From assembly GCA_002104905.1 (NCBI GenBank), contig MCFE01000091.1, positions 1-64,000 of the forward strand: a stretch of DNA of 64,000 nt, given 5' to 3'. This DNA comes from Basidiobolus meristosporus CBS 931.73 (Eukaryota; Fungi; Basidiobolomycota). This document shows, piece after piece, positions 39,654-53,662 of the stretch (position 1 is the stretch's first letter; each line of letters starts with the position of its first letter). The notes beneath the pieces are model-generated. The model was given only the letters and a program-made list of their open reading frames with translations, was not told where the DNA came from and did no database searches. The position numbers and the translations under genes were made by a program.

Positions 39654-42126
39654 ATGTTCGAGTTTTCTGTCTATAATACAGCTCTGAACTTCTTCTGGCT
39701 TGTTGTGAAAATCTTCTTCAGAGATATTAGCCAGAGAGGTGCGCATAAAATCCCAAAAGAAGGCCCCATCTTCTTTGTAGCCGCTCCTCACGCTAACCAG
39801 GTATTTTGGGTGGTAAACCGATCAAGCACACAGCCTTTGCTAATTCTCGGTAGTTCATGGATCCCCTTTTGTTGCTATTTCACAGTCCGCGTCCTATCAG
39901 CTTCTTGATGGCTGCTTCCTCAATGAAGCGCAAATACGTCGGAGCATTCGGGCGTTCCATCAATTCAAGTATGTGACAGGAAAGCATAATCGCGCCTCCC
40001 CGCATTGTTACACTTGCAGCAGAAAACGTGCTAACTGTTTGCGCTTTAATACTTTAGTTCCTGTGGAAAGAGCTATGGATCACGCTAAAAAGGGTTCCGG
40101 TACTATCCAATTAGTAGATCGCTACGCGGACCCGACTCGCATCACCGGAGTGGGAACCCACTTTAAATCCGAAATTGATAGTGGTGCCAGTATTGCTCTG
40201 CCCAACAATATCGGTGTCTCCGTTGTCCAGGAGGTCGTGTCGGACACCGAGCTTATTATCAAGAAAGAATTCAAGGAGCTTGAGGCACTCGAGCTACTCA
40301 CCGCCACTGAAGGGACTCCATACAAGATTGTACCCCATCTAGATCAGTCCAATGTGTATTCTGCTGTACACGAGCGCTTGAACAACAACGGATGCGTCGG
40401 CATCTTCCCTGAAGGAGGCTCCCACGATCGTACCGAGATGCTTCCATTGAAAGGTATTTACCTCATAAACCACACGATTTCATTGGTGTGTCGGTTACGA
40501 ATAGTAGAAATTTAGTGGGGATTGCCATCATGTCCCTTGGCGCCATGGTTGAAAACACCGATTTGGATGTCAAAATTGTCCCATGCGGTATGTACCCTTC
40601 TTCAAACAGCCAGCAGAAAGGACCCCTAAACAAGATGATGTTACGCAGGCTTGAACTACTTCCACCCCCATCGCTTCCGCTCCAGAGCAGTGGTGGAGTT
40701 CGGGGATCCCATTACTATTCCCCGCAATTTGGTCGAGAAATACAAAGAAGGTGGCACAAGCAAAAGAGAGGCCATTGGTGAGCTCATGAAGAGCGTATCG
40801 GATGGGCTAAGAAGCGTCACGATCAACACGCCGGATTATGAAACTTTAATGGTAGGCGTATGTGCAGCCACGCCTGTGTGTATGGTGATTTACGCTTTGT
40901 CTCCAGGTAATCCAAGCCGGCCGCCGCCTGTACAAGCCAGCCAACCAAAAGCTTCGCACCACCAAAGTGGTCGATCTTACTCGCAGATTTATCGCTGGCT
41001 ACCTGCATTTCCAGGACGAGCCCGCAGTGAAAGATATCCATGACCGTGTGCTTGCTTACAACAGACTTCTCAAGAGTTTTGGCATACGTGATCACCAGGT
41101 CAAGCGAATGGAGATGAGCTTCAGCCATGCTTTGGTGCTATTCATATGGAGGCTTATCAGCTTCATGTTCATGGCGTTGTTTGCTCTTCCCGGGTACGTG
41201 GTTCATTTTCTGCTCAGGCAGCCAGCGATCTAACCTTTCTCGAACTCCAGCGCTGTCTTGATCGCTCCGGTTATGTTCATTGCCAGATACATCAGTAAGA
41301 AAAAGGCTGCAGGTTAGTGGTGTAGCGGGAGTGATATGGGCGGGTTATTTACCTTGTTTCAAATACAGAGGCGCTCAAGAACTCCACAGTCAAGATCGCC
41401 GGCCGAGATGTGTTGGCAACTTGGAAAGTTTTGGTCGCTCTGGTGTTGCTCCCCACCTTCTATTGGATCTACGCTTTCATAGTGTTCTATATCGGGATCC
41501 GCAACAGCTGGTCTCTGGGCTGGAAGATCTTTGGACCCATCCTTACGTTCGTTTCCCTTCCTTTCATTAGCTACGCTAGTGTTCGCTTTGGCGAGACTGG
41601 CCTGGAGATTTTGAGGTATGTTTTCAGCCAACTGCCTGTATCGAGATCGAGATTGGTTTGCTAAGATCCATTCCTTTGCAGATCCATGCGCCCCTTGTTT
41701 TTGGCTTTGTTCCCTAGCGGAAGCCATGCCAAAACGCTTCCCATCATACGCGAGGAGTTGTCGAATGATATCACTGCTTTAATCAACGAATTTGGCCCCG
41801 AGGTGTTTCCCGATTTCGACCCTAGCAAGATTCAGTCTAGTGCTTCTGGAACCCCATCGGCCCCTGGTACTCCTCGCGGACTCCGTGGCTGGATCATGTC
41901 TCCCATTGAGTATCTTAACGACAGTATCTTTAGCTGGGAAAACGCCGATGAAGAGGGTTTCTTCAAGGGACGCTCCGGCAAATCCAGTGCTTCCAACAGC
42001 CATATCGATCTCCCTAGCCTTAACACCACTTCGGCCACTAAGCGCTTCGGCAATACTCTGGATGTTCATAGCAGCCAGCAAAAGGCTCCGGAATCTTCTG
42101 TTCCAGAAGACAAGAAGGATATCTAG
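39654..42126 (+). CDS. Glycerol-3-phosphate/DHAP O-acyltransferase (Gat/Sct1/Gpt2 family), multi-exon
   Basis: Spliced APHANQFMDP (HxxxxD), GIFPEGGSHDR, IVPCG(L)NYFHPHRFRSRAVVEFG, C-terminal TM segments. Confidence 0.92.
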
Positions 42127-42542
42127 ATCAGTCCCTCCCCCAATCCAAAGCATCGTCCATCCTCTTTTGAGCCCATCTTTAGATAGCAGTGTCTCTACCC
42201 ATGTATCTGCATTCATTTGTTTTAATACCATTAAACTGTTCTTCTCATGAGCTTGTTGTTCCTGACTTGCCCACGTGATTGCCCAATCCAATCGTGAATT
42301 CCGACGATTTAGGGTTTTGTCGGGTAGAATGCCAATGGAAGAATGTTGATCGTTCCTTAGTTGATAAGAATCCGATAAATAACTGTTAAATGGTTGATTA
42401 TTATTGATTCAATTCATCCCCAAAGAAGACGGGTTTTCACCTTGCATTTAGGAAACTGGTGTGATAAGTTACCAGTGGTTTCGCTTCTTGTTTCCCTTTC
42501 TCCATTGCTTATGTCACAAGAGTTCTGGCGAACAACCGAATA

Positions 42543-45500
42543 ATGACGAACAGCGACAAATCTAAGCCTGAACCTTATATACTAATAGATAGAAGAGCCT
42601 CCCCGTCCAAGACCCTTTTAGAGTTGAATAATCGCCGAATATTTAATTTATCTTGGCCAGTCATACTGGTGGCACTGGCCACATTAACATGCTTTGGGCT
42701 CGTTTTGGACTCCTTTCTGAATCATCAGCTTGATCCCAGAGGATGCGAGATGTCTTACATGCGCCCTGTTTTCTTGAAGCAGAATGATTTCAATCAATCT
42801 CATACAATATACACCAAAAAGTATGAACTTTATCTGTACCGTGAACATGGTTACGACCAAACCGTCTCGGTAAGCATTTCTCCACATCCTCTCCTCTCCT
42901 CAGTTACTAATGGATTCCCTGGTAACAGCCTAATGGAATACCTGTCCTGTTCATTCCTGGTAATGCTGGTAGTTATAAGCAAGTGCGTTCCATCGCTTCA
43001 GGAGCCGCCGAGCTGTACTATGACACAATAGCTCGTCAGGAAGGAGCAGTGAAGAACGGCGTTTTGAATCTGGATTTCTTTTCAGGTAACAATAGAGAAT
43101 GCCCGGCTGTTTTCCCTAAAGGTTACTGAACAATGGCCAAATTTCTAGTGGATTTTAACGAAGAGCTTACTGCTCTGCATGGGCACTCTCTTCTTGAGCA
43201 AGCTGAGTATGTGAACGATGCGATTCGATATATCCTTGCGCTATACCAGGGGCGGAATTCCTACCCAACATATCCCGCCGCCCAATTTCCAATCCCAAAG
43301 TCGGTTCTTATCATTGGCCATTCCATGGGCGGTGTAGTTGCCAGAACCTTGATTACCATGCCTAATTATCTGGAAGACTCCATCAACACGATCCTGACTT
43401 TAGCCACGCCCCATATGGCACCTCCAGCGCCGTTCGAGAGAGTTGGGACAAATGTCTATTCTCGCATCGCAGAATACTGGAAATCTGGATATGCAAACGA
43501 GACCACGTCCAGTGCTTTCGAAAACATGGCCTTGATATCTGTGGCAGGCGGGAACCATGATACCATGATCTCATCAGACCTTGCCGATATTAGTCCAGTT
43601 GTTCCTCCTTCCAACGGATTCACAGTATTCACCACAACCATACCTGATGTCTGGCTCACCATGGATCACCAATGTATTCTTTGGTGTGCAGAGATTGTGC
43701 GCACGGTGTCGAAAACTCTTTTATCAGTGGTCGATGCCAGAGAACCTGGCCAAACCAAGCGTATTGATGAGCGGATGTTCGAGTTCAGAAGAAATTTACT
43801 TAGTGGGTTGGAGACGGACCTGATTCACCAGTTGGTTGACAATTCGAAAGGTAGATAGCGTACATTGTATATCTCTGGCCCACTCTCTAAATCTTGTATG
43901 CATAGATACCTCTACACTCATTGATCTCAACGCCACTTTGCACGAAATGGTCCCTATCGAGAAGCGACTTGTGCTTGGCGGAAGAAAGAACGACTCGAAA
44001 ACTTACCCGATGCTTTATCTTCACGACATTTCAGCTTGCAACTCTTCTTTTGCGCTTCTTACTAATCGGAAGCCTGGCAAGCACAACTTTTTCAACATTC
44101 TTCTGTGCAAAGGCACTGACCAGACGGAGGCCATCGATTGTCTGGATATTTCTCACGTCGCTGCTCCGCTTCCTGGGGACTCCCAGCAAGGAAGCAACGG
44201 GCGCGTGTGGTTCATGGATTTGGATGCTGATATGTTACGCCCTTACACCTACATCGGCGTGAATCACAGTCGCGGTGGTTACTGGAGCTCTGATGAGTAC
44301 CTATCAGCAGAATTCTATCATCCAGAGGAGAACAGGATCGACATCAAGTTCTCTCTCTTCCACCTATTCGAAAGCATTGAAGTCACCCCTTTCCCAAGAA
44401 GAAAGACACTGTACAACACACTCCACATTGAAATCGAAGAAAGTCCCCTGCTTGCATACCGTATGTCGGTCACCCCGCTCAACAGCAACCAAGACTCGGC
44501 TCAACCGAGTTTATTCCCGCCAATGATCCGCCAATACTCGTCCTCGCCTATGCACGAGTCGAAATTCTGGTACAATGCCAGCGAAGCCAACGTTAATTAT
44601 CACGGACCTAGTCCTTTCGCTATGATGCAGCCCTCCCTACTGCAGCCTTTTGTACGTCCGGCTTGGAAGGGCGTGGAGTTCCAATTCTGGGTAGATCCAG
44701 ACACGAACAGTCAATACAAGGTGGAATTCTGGCTGGACTGGTACGGCAGTCTCGGAAGAACGTTCAAAAGATGCGACATGGTTGTTGCCGCGTTCCCCTT
44801 CTTAATCATCATCAAGTTGTTCCAGATCCAATTCTCATTCTGGAATAAGAATGGTAGGGATGGTTTTAGATATATTCAACTTCTTCCAATGTTTCTCACA
44901 TGTTCGCATCATGGTAGGCGTGTTTCCAACATTTGGCCACGTTCTGAAGCTGTTCATTAGAATCCATCTGTGGAAATATGTGATTCTCGTCTCAATGCTG
45001 GGTATTGTTCAATCGATATTGCTGCCATTGCTTCAAAGCGCCTCCCTTCTCTCACTGGAAGCCCTGCCCATCAACATCAACGGAATCCTTGTTGGCGACA
45101 GAGGCTCGATTTTGTGGATACTCAACCCACTCTTTTTAGTAATGGCGGTGGGTATCGTGATTGTCATTTGGCTATTGATCACCTTGGTTATCATTATTAT
45201 CTCCGAAATCTCCGGCTTCGTTGAGAAGCGGATTCCAGGGCTGGCTGGGTTTATCAGCAGGTATGTGTGTGTGTGTGTGGTTGTTTGCGTTCAATGAATT
45301 CGCCTCTGATACGGATGCATTGTAGACCAAATGAATCCGATGCCAAACGAGTGAAGCGTCGTGTGATCACTACAGTCATTTTGTTCCTGTTGGTATCTAC
45401 GTTTGTTCCTTTCCAGTTTGCCTATTGTAGCGCTTTCTTGGTGCAACTCTTTTCATGCGTCCGTTCGATGCTACGTGCCAAGAGCTCGGTAACGATTTCG

Positions 45501-46058
45501 ATGCCACGTGTTTCACATAGGAGTCGTACTAAACCGAACTTTTTCAACCAGAACAAGGGAAAAGACTCCGCGCAAGCACTATGGGATCGCTATCATTACC
45601 AGTCAAGCATGCTGCTGCTAATGTTCACTCTGCTTCCATACAACATCCCAGTGCTTGTTGTATGGATTCGAAATCTGGCTGCCCACTGGTTTATCCAAGC
45701 GCCTGCGGATCATAGTCTTTTTGCGATTGCCCCCATCATGGTGTACGTCGAAATGACCATCAACAAGATGCTTCCGCGCTCTTCAGAGAGGTAACATTTA
45801 CTGGGCTTCTGGCCAAGTGACGAATTTGCTGATTAACAATTACCATTGTGCAGGGTTTCCGACTGGACTCGCTATCTAGTCAATGCGATTGTTGGCTTCA
45901 CTCTGTTGTACGGGGTTCGATTCCCGTACATGTTGCATTACATTGCCAATGGCTTTGCGCTCTGGCTGGTAGGGCTATATCTTAGCCACTCTAACACCGT
46001 CCAGAAGTTGATTGAAAAGTTTCTGGGCTCATGGGTCAACACCAAGAAGCGTTCCTAA
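42543..46058 (+). CDS. BST1: GPI inositol-deacylase (PGAP1 family), multi-exon
   Basis: N-terminal [40 protein letters not shown] lipase motif, [14 protein letters not shown], multiple C-terminal TMs. Confidence 0.93.
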
Positions 46059-46483
46059 TCAATGTATTTCCAACTATCCGACCGACTTCATAGTTGCCGA
46101 ACATACATTATGTACAAATCCATCTGCCATCATCCCACGTCAAGCTCATCTCCCGAGCGATGGTTTGGACACGCACCTGACACGCACCTCCTATGACCTT
46201 TATTGCTGCACCTTCTGCCTGTTTTCATCACAATCGGTAGTAAATAATTCCAAGTAGTTCCTTTCTCTAATGCCATCTTGACGTACGCATGTATCCCATC
46301 CCCTCTTAATCTCTTTTGAATATAGTCGAGCATTGATCTAGAGAGAATATAGTTGGATGAATGCCACCCTATGGGCTATCAAAAGTTTATCACTCTTATT
46401 AAAATATACTTGATAAGCAACCTCTATGTTTTGAGCGTTAGCTTGTGTCGATTGTGTGTGCAAATATACAATTCAAGTGGAAC

Positions 46484-47359
46484 TCAATAAAACTTCACGC
46501 CCATATCGTCGCTGTTGGTACCGGTCAACGTCTGCGCCTTCCCTTGGTCGATCAGGATTTTCAATGCTCTTTGGAATAGCACGTCATCAAGCCCATGGAA
46601 TTCTACGGTAAGCTCCACTTAGTATGTGTAGCATACAGAGAAGACAGCGGCTATACACTACCTAAACCTTCAGTGTTTTCCCCGTGTAGCACCTCGAATA
46701 CCGTAAGGACAGTATTGGTCAGCCCATTTTCTTTAACCTAGTATTCACGAGCAGTTAGAACTCGGCGCGTAGAGACCAGGTGAGGACTAGCAGCGACATA
46801 CCCAGCCATATATCATATTGGCCCATTCCTCTGGCTTTCGCCAGTATATGAGAGCGCTTGACTTTTGAGTGGTTGGTGGCAACCATTCAGCCATGCCTGT
46901 AGTGTTTAGAATTGTAGGAACTCGGTCAGCGGGTGACTAGCCAACAGTAATATTCGTCGGCAACGTTAAACAGACCTTGCTTCACCAATTCGTCTATTAT
47001 TGTTTGCAGAGTGGCCAGGCCCAATTTCCCTATTACCTTGGTTAGATTGAAGACCAACACATATCTTCACGATAGACATCTCCTACGGTTTATCTTGGTG
47101 TTGTTGAACAATTCTCCATTTAGTTCATTTGTCAACTCTAATACGCAACGCTTGTGATGGCGGTAGTAGGATAGGATTAAGGTGCTCCATAGTTGAATCT
47201 GATGCTGCCAGGTTGACTGTGTGGGTTGTTGTCTATAACGAGATTACGTAAGTAAGGTAGCGATCATACTGCCGTTTCAGCGACAAAATCGACATACGTG
47301 AAGAAGGGCGGGAAGTCGTGGATTGAAGGGAAGACGAAGGCTTGGCAAGAGGATTTCAT
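46484..47359 (-). CDS. VPS25: ESCRT-II subunit Vps25, multi-exon
   Basis: Spliced FPSIHDFPPFFT...QLWSTLILSY...INRKL...IYWRKPEEWA...VLTVFEV...EFHGLD...GVKFY*. Confidence 0.9.
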
Positions 47360-47738
47360 GACACTAGCGATGCGACCTTCTGGTATGTTTGTAAGGGACT
47401 GAGAGGCGTCAATTCTTGATTTGCCAACACATAGGAACTGGATGGATTTATTCCAATATGGATTTTTCAACTCGGGTTAACCATATTTATTTGGTTAGCA
47501 ATATAAGCCTCCAGAGACATCAGCGAGGGAAGCAAGGGAGATGTCCTAAATATATGCTCACAGGGCCAATTCATCCACTCCGATTGTTTACCTATTCGTT
47601 TGTTGATCCTGCAAGATCATTTAATAAAATGCCAAGTGTCGTTGTGGCCAATTTTTCCGTCGACACTGATTATTTTAATTTGAGAAGGATGTGCGGTGAA
47701 GGCCTTCTTGGTATACTTTCTTCCCTGATCCTTACAAA

Positions 47739-48447
47739 ATGGTGAATATCCTGACCGCACCCACTCCCGCGAGGAATCCCATGCACAAAACTTTGGTCAT
47801 CTCTACACCCATGAAGCTGATACCACGAGACTTCAAAGAGAGCGCTGACGAGCTAGCCAACGAATTTCGAACCCTCGGCCAAGAAAAGCAGGACTTGACC
47901 CAAAAGCTAGAGATTCTGACCGCACAACAGAAAGTAGGAGCCACCTGGAAAGGTTTCCTTGTGGAAAGTTCTAGTAATCATGTCTAACACCCTACATAGA
48001 TATCCGAGGAGAAAACCGACGAGATTCTGCAGTTGGAACAAAGCTTGACGGACATGAAGGAGAAGATCCTGGCGTTCAAAACCATGTTTACCCAAGGTAT
48101 CCCTTGTCTTACTACACCCACCTATCAGTCGACGAAGAGCCGTTGAAGTTTATACGAATCCATTCTAGTGAAACAAGAGATCCACGAAAAGAATAGGACC
48201 ATCCACGAGAAAGAGCAAAAGTGGTTGGAATTGAAGACATTGTGCGAAGAACTCGAGCGGCGTGAACATGAACTGTCGAGAAAAGTCCGGAAGCCTTCCG
48301 CCAACACGGTAAGCACCACCACTTGCGACCGGCCACCGTTCAAGGACTAACCGTTTGTTTCAGTGGAGGTCTGTACTGCTGAAGGTCCTCATAGTGTGCC
48401 TGCTTTTCATTTTCACCAACATTTACGTGGCTCAGTATTTCATTTGA
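47739..48447 (+). CDS. Small coiled-coil protein with C-terminal transmembrane anchor
   Basis: Four predicted exons give heptad-rich E/K/Q segments followed by WRSVLLKVLIVCLLFIFTNIYVAQYFI*. One acceptor (TTCTAG near 48170) was chosen to keep the frame. Confidence 0.6.
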
Positions 48448-48722
48448 TGCCTCTTCAGCAACCTCTGTGTTCTATATTGAATGTAAACGCACACATGCAG
48501 AATCGAATTGTTTATATAGGGATCGGGATTCCTTGAATAAAGATATAGGAGCGTTTTTCACATCGGGACTCCTCGGTTTGACCAATGTACACAACAGACT
48601 AGCTCAACATCCATGGTATTTCGTACAAACAGGAAAATCAATTAAAAGTGAGGTCTAGATTAATACGCGCGAGTCAATGCAACGAATGAGGTTTGCTCTA
48701 ATTAACAGGGGAGATATACAAG

Positions 48723-50058
48723 CTAGAAAGCGTCGGATATTTCACGCTCCTTGATCTCATGCATGAGGTTGATGGCCTGGTGAATAACCTAATGGAAAAC
48801 TCTCGTGAGCACTTGGAAACCCATGCGTCGACATCAAGCTGTCCCTACCTGGTCCACATCCAGCTCCGGTAGGCGCAACAACAGAGCTCTGATCTCGGAA
48901 TGCTCAAGCTCCTCGAGGTTTTCTTTGTAGTACTTCAGCATGGCTGTTTGGACTTGGTTAATGGCAGGCCAACTCAAACCCGATGCGTGAACACTTACAG
49001 ATACACACGTACATGTGCAGCTCGAGGAAGTCGTTGCTCGAAAAGTACGTGTCCCACAATCTGAATAGGCACTCCAGGGGCAATTCCTTGGCCAGAAGAT
49101 GGAGTAGCCACGAAGTGGCCCACTCGTTTAGATCCACCTCTTCCTCCTGGAAATAATTGTACCTTTGGAAGCTCGATGTAAGGCGTTACGCTGCGTGCAT
49201 CTCGTCATTGAGCATGGATGTTGGGTAAAAAGGATACAGATCGGGGATCGCTGTGCGGAAGAGAGTCAAGAACTTGGCCACTATTTCATTGACTCCACAC
49301 TCCTCCAAATGCTCGCCTACGTTACAAACTCAGTCATTGCGGTGGTTCAAGCGAGTGGCCACGTGTACTCACTCAGGATGTTCATCAAGCGCTCGAAGCA
49401 GAAGTACACTTCGGACTCATCGTCAATGGTCTCTACGAATGGACCACACAACGATACCAACGCGGGTGAATAATCCACAGTCTTATTCCGGTTCAGATAG
49501 GCAGAGATGACGTTCTCAAAGGTGGCAAGTTTGCTACTGTTTGTGGGAATACCCATCTTACGACAATACCGGGATACCTCACCATGGATACGCTTGGATG
49601 ATTCTGCATTCTCCTTATCCATCAGCTGGTATTCCTCAGCACGAGCTTTTATACTGGACATCTCGTGAGCTGCAAAGAAGGAACGTTCAGCACGTCAGTC
49701 GACTTCGCATGCAACAGGCGCACTTACATCTGTCTGCTTGCTCAATACCAAGAAGGAACTTCCACACTTCCTATTCAGGAAGAAGAGAATAGTTTAGCAA
49801 GAGTGATTTGAGTTGGATAGGGCGCAGCGCTAATATCCTTCGAAATCAAACTATGGGGAAAGAGTGGAATAGGTTGCGTACCCCTCTGACTTCAGGTGGG
49901 ATGCCGTGCCGTGAAGAGCGGCGTAATTTCCCCAAATCCACGTACATCTCGGCATTCAAGATTTCCTCGAATTCGCCGAGAGTGTCCAGGATGTAGGAGA
50001 GCTTATCCCTTCTCGGTCTGGGAGATGGTGGGATGGTGGGTGCGTAGTACTGAATCAT
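48723..50058 (-). CDS. Rab-GAP TBC domain protein, multi-exon
   Basis: LRRSSRHGIPPEVRGEVWKFLLG, YSPALVSLCGPF, EVYFCFERLM; spliced C-terminus LPELDVDQVIHQAINL. Confidence 0.8.
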
Positions 50059-50546
50059 ACAGGAAAGTGCACGATACTCGAGGGTGCGTTCAGGTAGTGA
50101 AAAGAGAGAAATTCCCGAATTCCCAAATTCCCAAATCCAGGTAGTCGTAAGAAATTTTTCTCAATCCGCTTAAACGGATGCTATGGTCAAGTTGGACCCG
50201 AGATAAGATAGTTGATTAAGAGGCGTTTGGGGAGATTCGGTTCCACAATATATGTATGGTCGTTATCCAATGAGCACCATACTCCCTCACAGGCACTGAT
50301 AAAATACGCACACACACGCACACACACTCCCGTCAACAGTTCTCATTCAAATCTTCTTGAGGCCTACAAGAAGCCTACAGACACGGCCAATGCTCATGAA
50401 AATTATCGAGGATGTCGAAATCCATCTGGGAATCCCAGCTCTCTCATTGGCTGATGAAAAATCCTTTATAAGATCCGTCCGGTTCGATTTGGGCCTTCCT
50501 TTTGCGTTTACATTCGAACTTTCGCTTGTGAACGAACTTATACAAT

Positions 50547-51438
50547 ATGGCAGTTGGAAAGAATAAGTAAGTGGCAGTTGGTGGTATGCGCACGGTCATC
50601 ACGGTTACTAAGAGTATTCTCGAACAGGCGCCTTAGTAAAGGAAAGAAAGGTTTGAAGAAGAAGATGTATGTTCCATCGTCTAGCGTCTTTCCATCCATC
50701 CAAACTAAATCCATTTAATCCCAAAGCGTCGATCCCTTCACCCGTAAGGACTGGTACGACATCAAGGCTCCTTCTCTCTTTGAGGTCCGCAACGTTGGCA
50801 AGACTCTTGTCAACCGCACCCAGGGTTTGAAGAATGCCGTGGACTACCTGAAGGGCCGCGTGCTCGAAGTCTCCCTTGCCGATTTGAACAAGGACGAAGA
50901 CCAATCTTTCCGCAAGATTCGTCTCAGAGTTGATGAGGTCCAAGGCAAGAACTGCCTGACCAACTTCCACGGCATGACTTTCACCTCCGATAAGTTGAGA
51001 TCCCTTGTCAAGAAGTGGCAATCCCTCATCGAGGCCCACGTCGATGTCAAGACCACCGATGGCTACCTCCTTCGTCTCTTCTCCATCGGCTTCACCCGTA
51101 GAAGACCCAACCAACTCAAGAAGACCACCTACGCCCAATCAGCACAGATCCGCCAGATTCGCAAGAAGATGTTCGAGATCATGACTCGCGAGGCTAGCAC
51201 TTGCGATTTGAAGTCTTTGGTCCAGAAGTTCATCCCCGAAGTGATCGGTCGCGAGATCGAGAAGGCTTGCCAGGGAATCTATCCCCTCCAGAACGTCTAC
51301 CTCCACAAGGTCAAAATCCTTAAGGCCCCCAAGTTCGACGTCGGCAAATTGATGGAACTCCACGGAGATGCCTCCGAGGACTCCGGAGCCAAGATTGCCA
51401 AGGAGTTCAAAGAGCCCCAGGTCTTCACTGACATCTAA
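50547..51438 (+). CDS. RPS1: 40S ribosomal protein eS1 (S3a/S1), 3 exons
   Basis: [35 protein letters not shown]...[12 protein letters not shown]...CLTNFHGM...IYPLQNV. Confidence 0.98.
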
Positions 51439-51756
51439 GACTTATGTAATCATTCTTTCCAAATAAATCCAAGTATTCTCCTTTCCAACTGTGGTCACGT
51501 CCCTGGCCCCCATTCTTGGCCAAACCGGAAAAGACCAGCTTTCCTCCTCGATGGAAGTACGACCCTCCCAATCGTGTGGTGCTGGTTTCGCCCCAATGCA
51601 AGCTACGGCTGAGCAAAAAGTGGATTCGGTGGATTTGGTGTATTGAATAGAAATCAAAATCATGGTGCAGACACGTCAGCAACCGCATTAATAATGTACA
51701 TGGCTTTGTCAATCAGAAGGAAGTCACTGGACATCGTTTCTATAGACATCCGATTG

Positions 51757-52687
51757 TCACCCGCTGTTGTTCGAATCCGAGCTTGAGATGTCATAGAAGT
51801 TGGCGGAGCGGATCAAATCACTGACATTGGGTATGATTTTGGAGGCGATGGCGACCAGTAGGAGGGTTTGGGCCTTTTGGCGCTCCAAACGGCATTTCTC
51901 TCGGCGTTTGCGTCGCTTTTCTTGGCGCTCCCTACGACGCTCGCTCTCTGCCTGGTTCTGCTCCAATTTCTCCTCCCATTTCCTCCGTTCGCCAACCTCT
52001 CGGCGGAGCAAATCTACGATATCTATGAGGAGCAGGTTCCAAGAGTTGTTAGAGATGGAGCGCCTTCTACGCTTGGGCTCGGGGGATGACCGGTGGTCAT
52101 GGCCACCTATCATCTGGGTTGAAGGTGTATCAATGGCCATGGTTGTCGGGGCATCCAATGGTCGCGTCATATGGTAGGAGAATGCAGAAACCGGATGAGA
52201 GTAACTATACTCGGAGGAATGTTTGATCAACGGTAGTTCACGTGCGGGTGGGGGGTAGCCAGTTGTTGAAGAGCCGTATTTATGATCAAGTCTACTACCA
52301 TGTGCTGGCGAGGGTGGGTAAGGCATAGTAAACGACTTCTCTATAGAAGTGTGCTTGTCAAGAAAGTCCTTCAGGAGCCCGTAGTATGGAAAAGCCCGCT
52401 GGTCGGTCTCTTGCATATCAGCTCTCTGCAAACCAAAACACTTTTAGCACTACGCGACGGGTGAAAAGCAGACCAGTCGTCACCTTGTACTCGGAAAGGA
52501 GATTCTTCCATTTTTCTTTACATTGCTTGTCGGTCCTTTGGTAGCCAGCATTATTTACATACTCCGAAATCTTTTTCCATAGCGGTGCGTTACGTTTCTT
52601 GGTGGTGAATTCATGGTCCATATTTTGACGAAGGTTGATGAGCAACTTGGTCTCGGCAGTTTCCCAAGATCTTCCAGTGGTGGACAT
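51757..52687 (-). CDS. Myb/SANT-like (trihelix-type) DNA-binding protein, 2 exons
   Basis: WETAETKLLI...LWKKIS...GYQRTDKQCKEKWKNL..EYK...FPYY, plus a C-terminal charged coiled coil. Confidence 0.85.
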
Positions 52688-53662
52688 TGTTTTATCGCGG
52701 ATATACTGACGTCTACTTCGAAAGCTACTGGAACAGGTTAAGGAAAAGGTGGTGCGGTGTGGTGTGGGCGCTCAAGAAAATATCTAATCGCTGATTATTG
52801 GGTAAATGTAGAGTATCAGAAGGGACAGAAGATCACCCATCCAGTAAACTGGGCTGGTGATGATAAAATTATTGAGCCAGACCAGCTCTCGGGTTGATCT
52901 TAAATAGCAATCCATTTCCGAGATCATTGTATGCTCTTACTTAAATTATGGAGATGTGATTGATATTATCCAGTATTTCGCGTTTGGGCGCTAAAGTACG
53001 CAAGCACGCGTTGGAGGCAATCTGATAAATTTCAATCGAGGTTTAGCTCATTGGTTAGCATGGCATTATTAATGGAGTGACCAATCGATGCCTACCAACA
53101 TGCTTTATGGTTAAAGGTGACCATCATCTTTCTCCCCGGTCATAGATGCTCATAATACTCGCTTGCTGTGATTGGGGTCGCCAGAGATACTTGTTCGAGG
53201 CCCTTAGTAATCCGTAGTTGTGCCAAATTACCAACCAATATACATCATCCCGGTGGATATTCGTCTCGCAAGCCATTTGGTACAACCGCAGTATGACTAA
53301 TCTATACTAGTGCGGATTGCAAAGTAGGTTGAGTGTTGGAGTATTGCTACATCTACCCTCCATTCCTGATCAACAACCCTCAATATGATTACCTGAGCTA
53401 TGTAACACAACAGAATCAGCTTTCAGCTGGACGGGTAAATGTTCAATGTACAATTCGGCATTTATTCTGCATGATGGGTTCAGGTTGGATTTACTTGGGG
53501 AGGTAATTACAAAGGTTAAGAGAGTATGTAACAGGTCATGCCACAAGGTCGCTATCAAGGGAATTGCAAGTGATGCACAAACGTGTCAGAGTAGGTGGTG
53601 GACAATGCTCCAGACATCGTCGTCATCCGCAGATCGTAGGGAATCAAGGTAGCACCCCTTGC

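Noticed and set aside
45262-45280. (GT)n microsatellite (also CA-rich ~50308-50328 and (AT)n ~55257-55270)
   Set aside because: Short ordinary simple repeats in introns or intergenic DNA.
51769-51778. GTTCGAATCC tRNA T-loop/B-box match
   Set aside because: No T-stem pairing or cloverleaf, and it lies within the Myb/SANT coding end.
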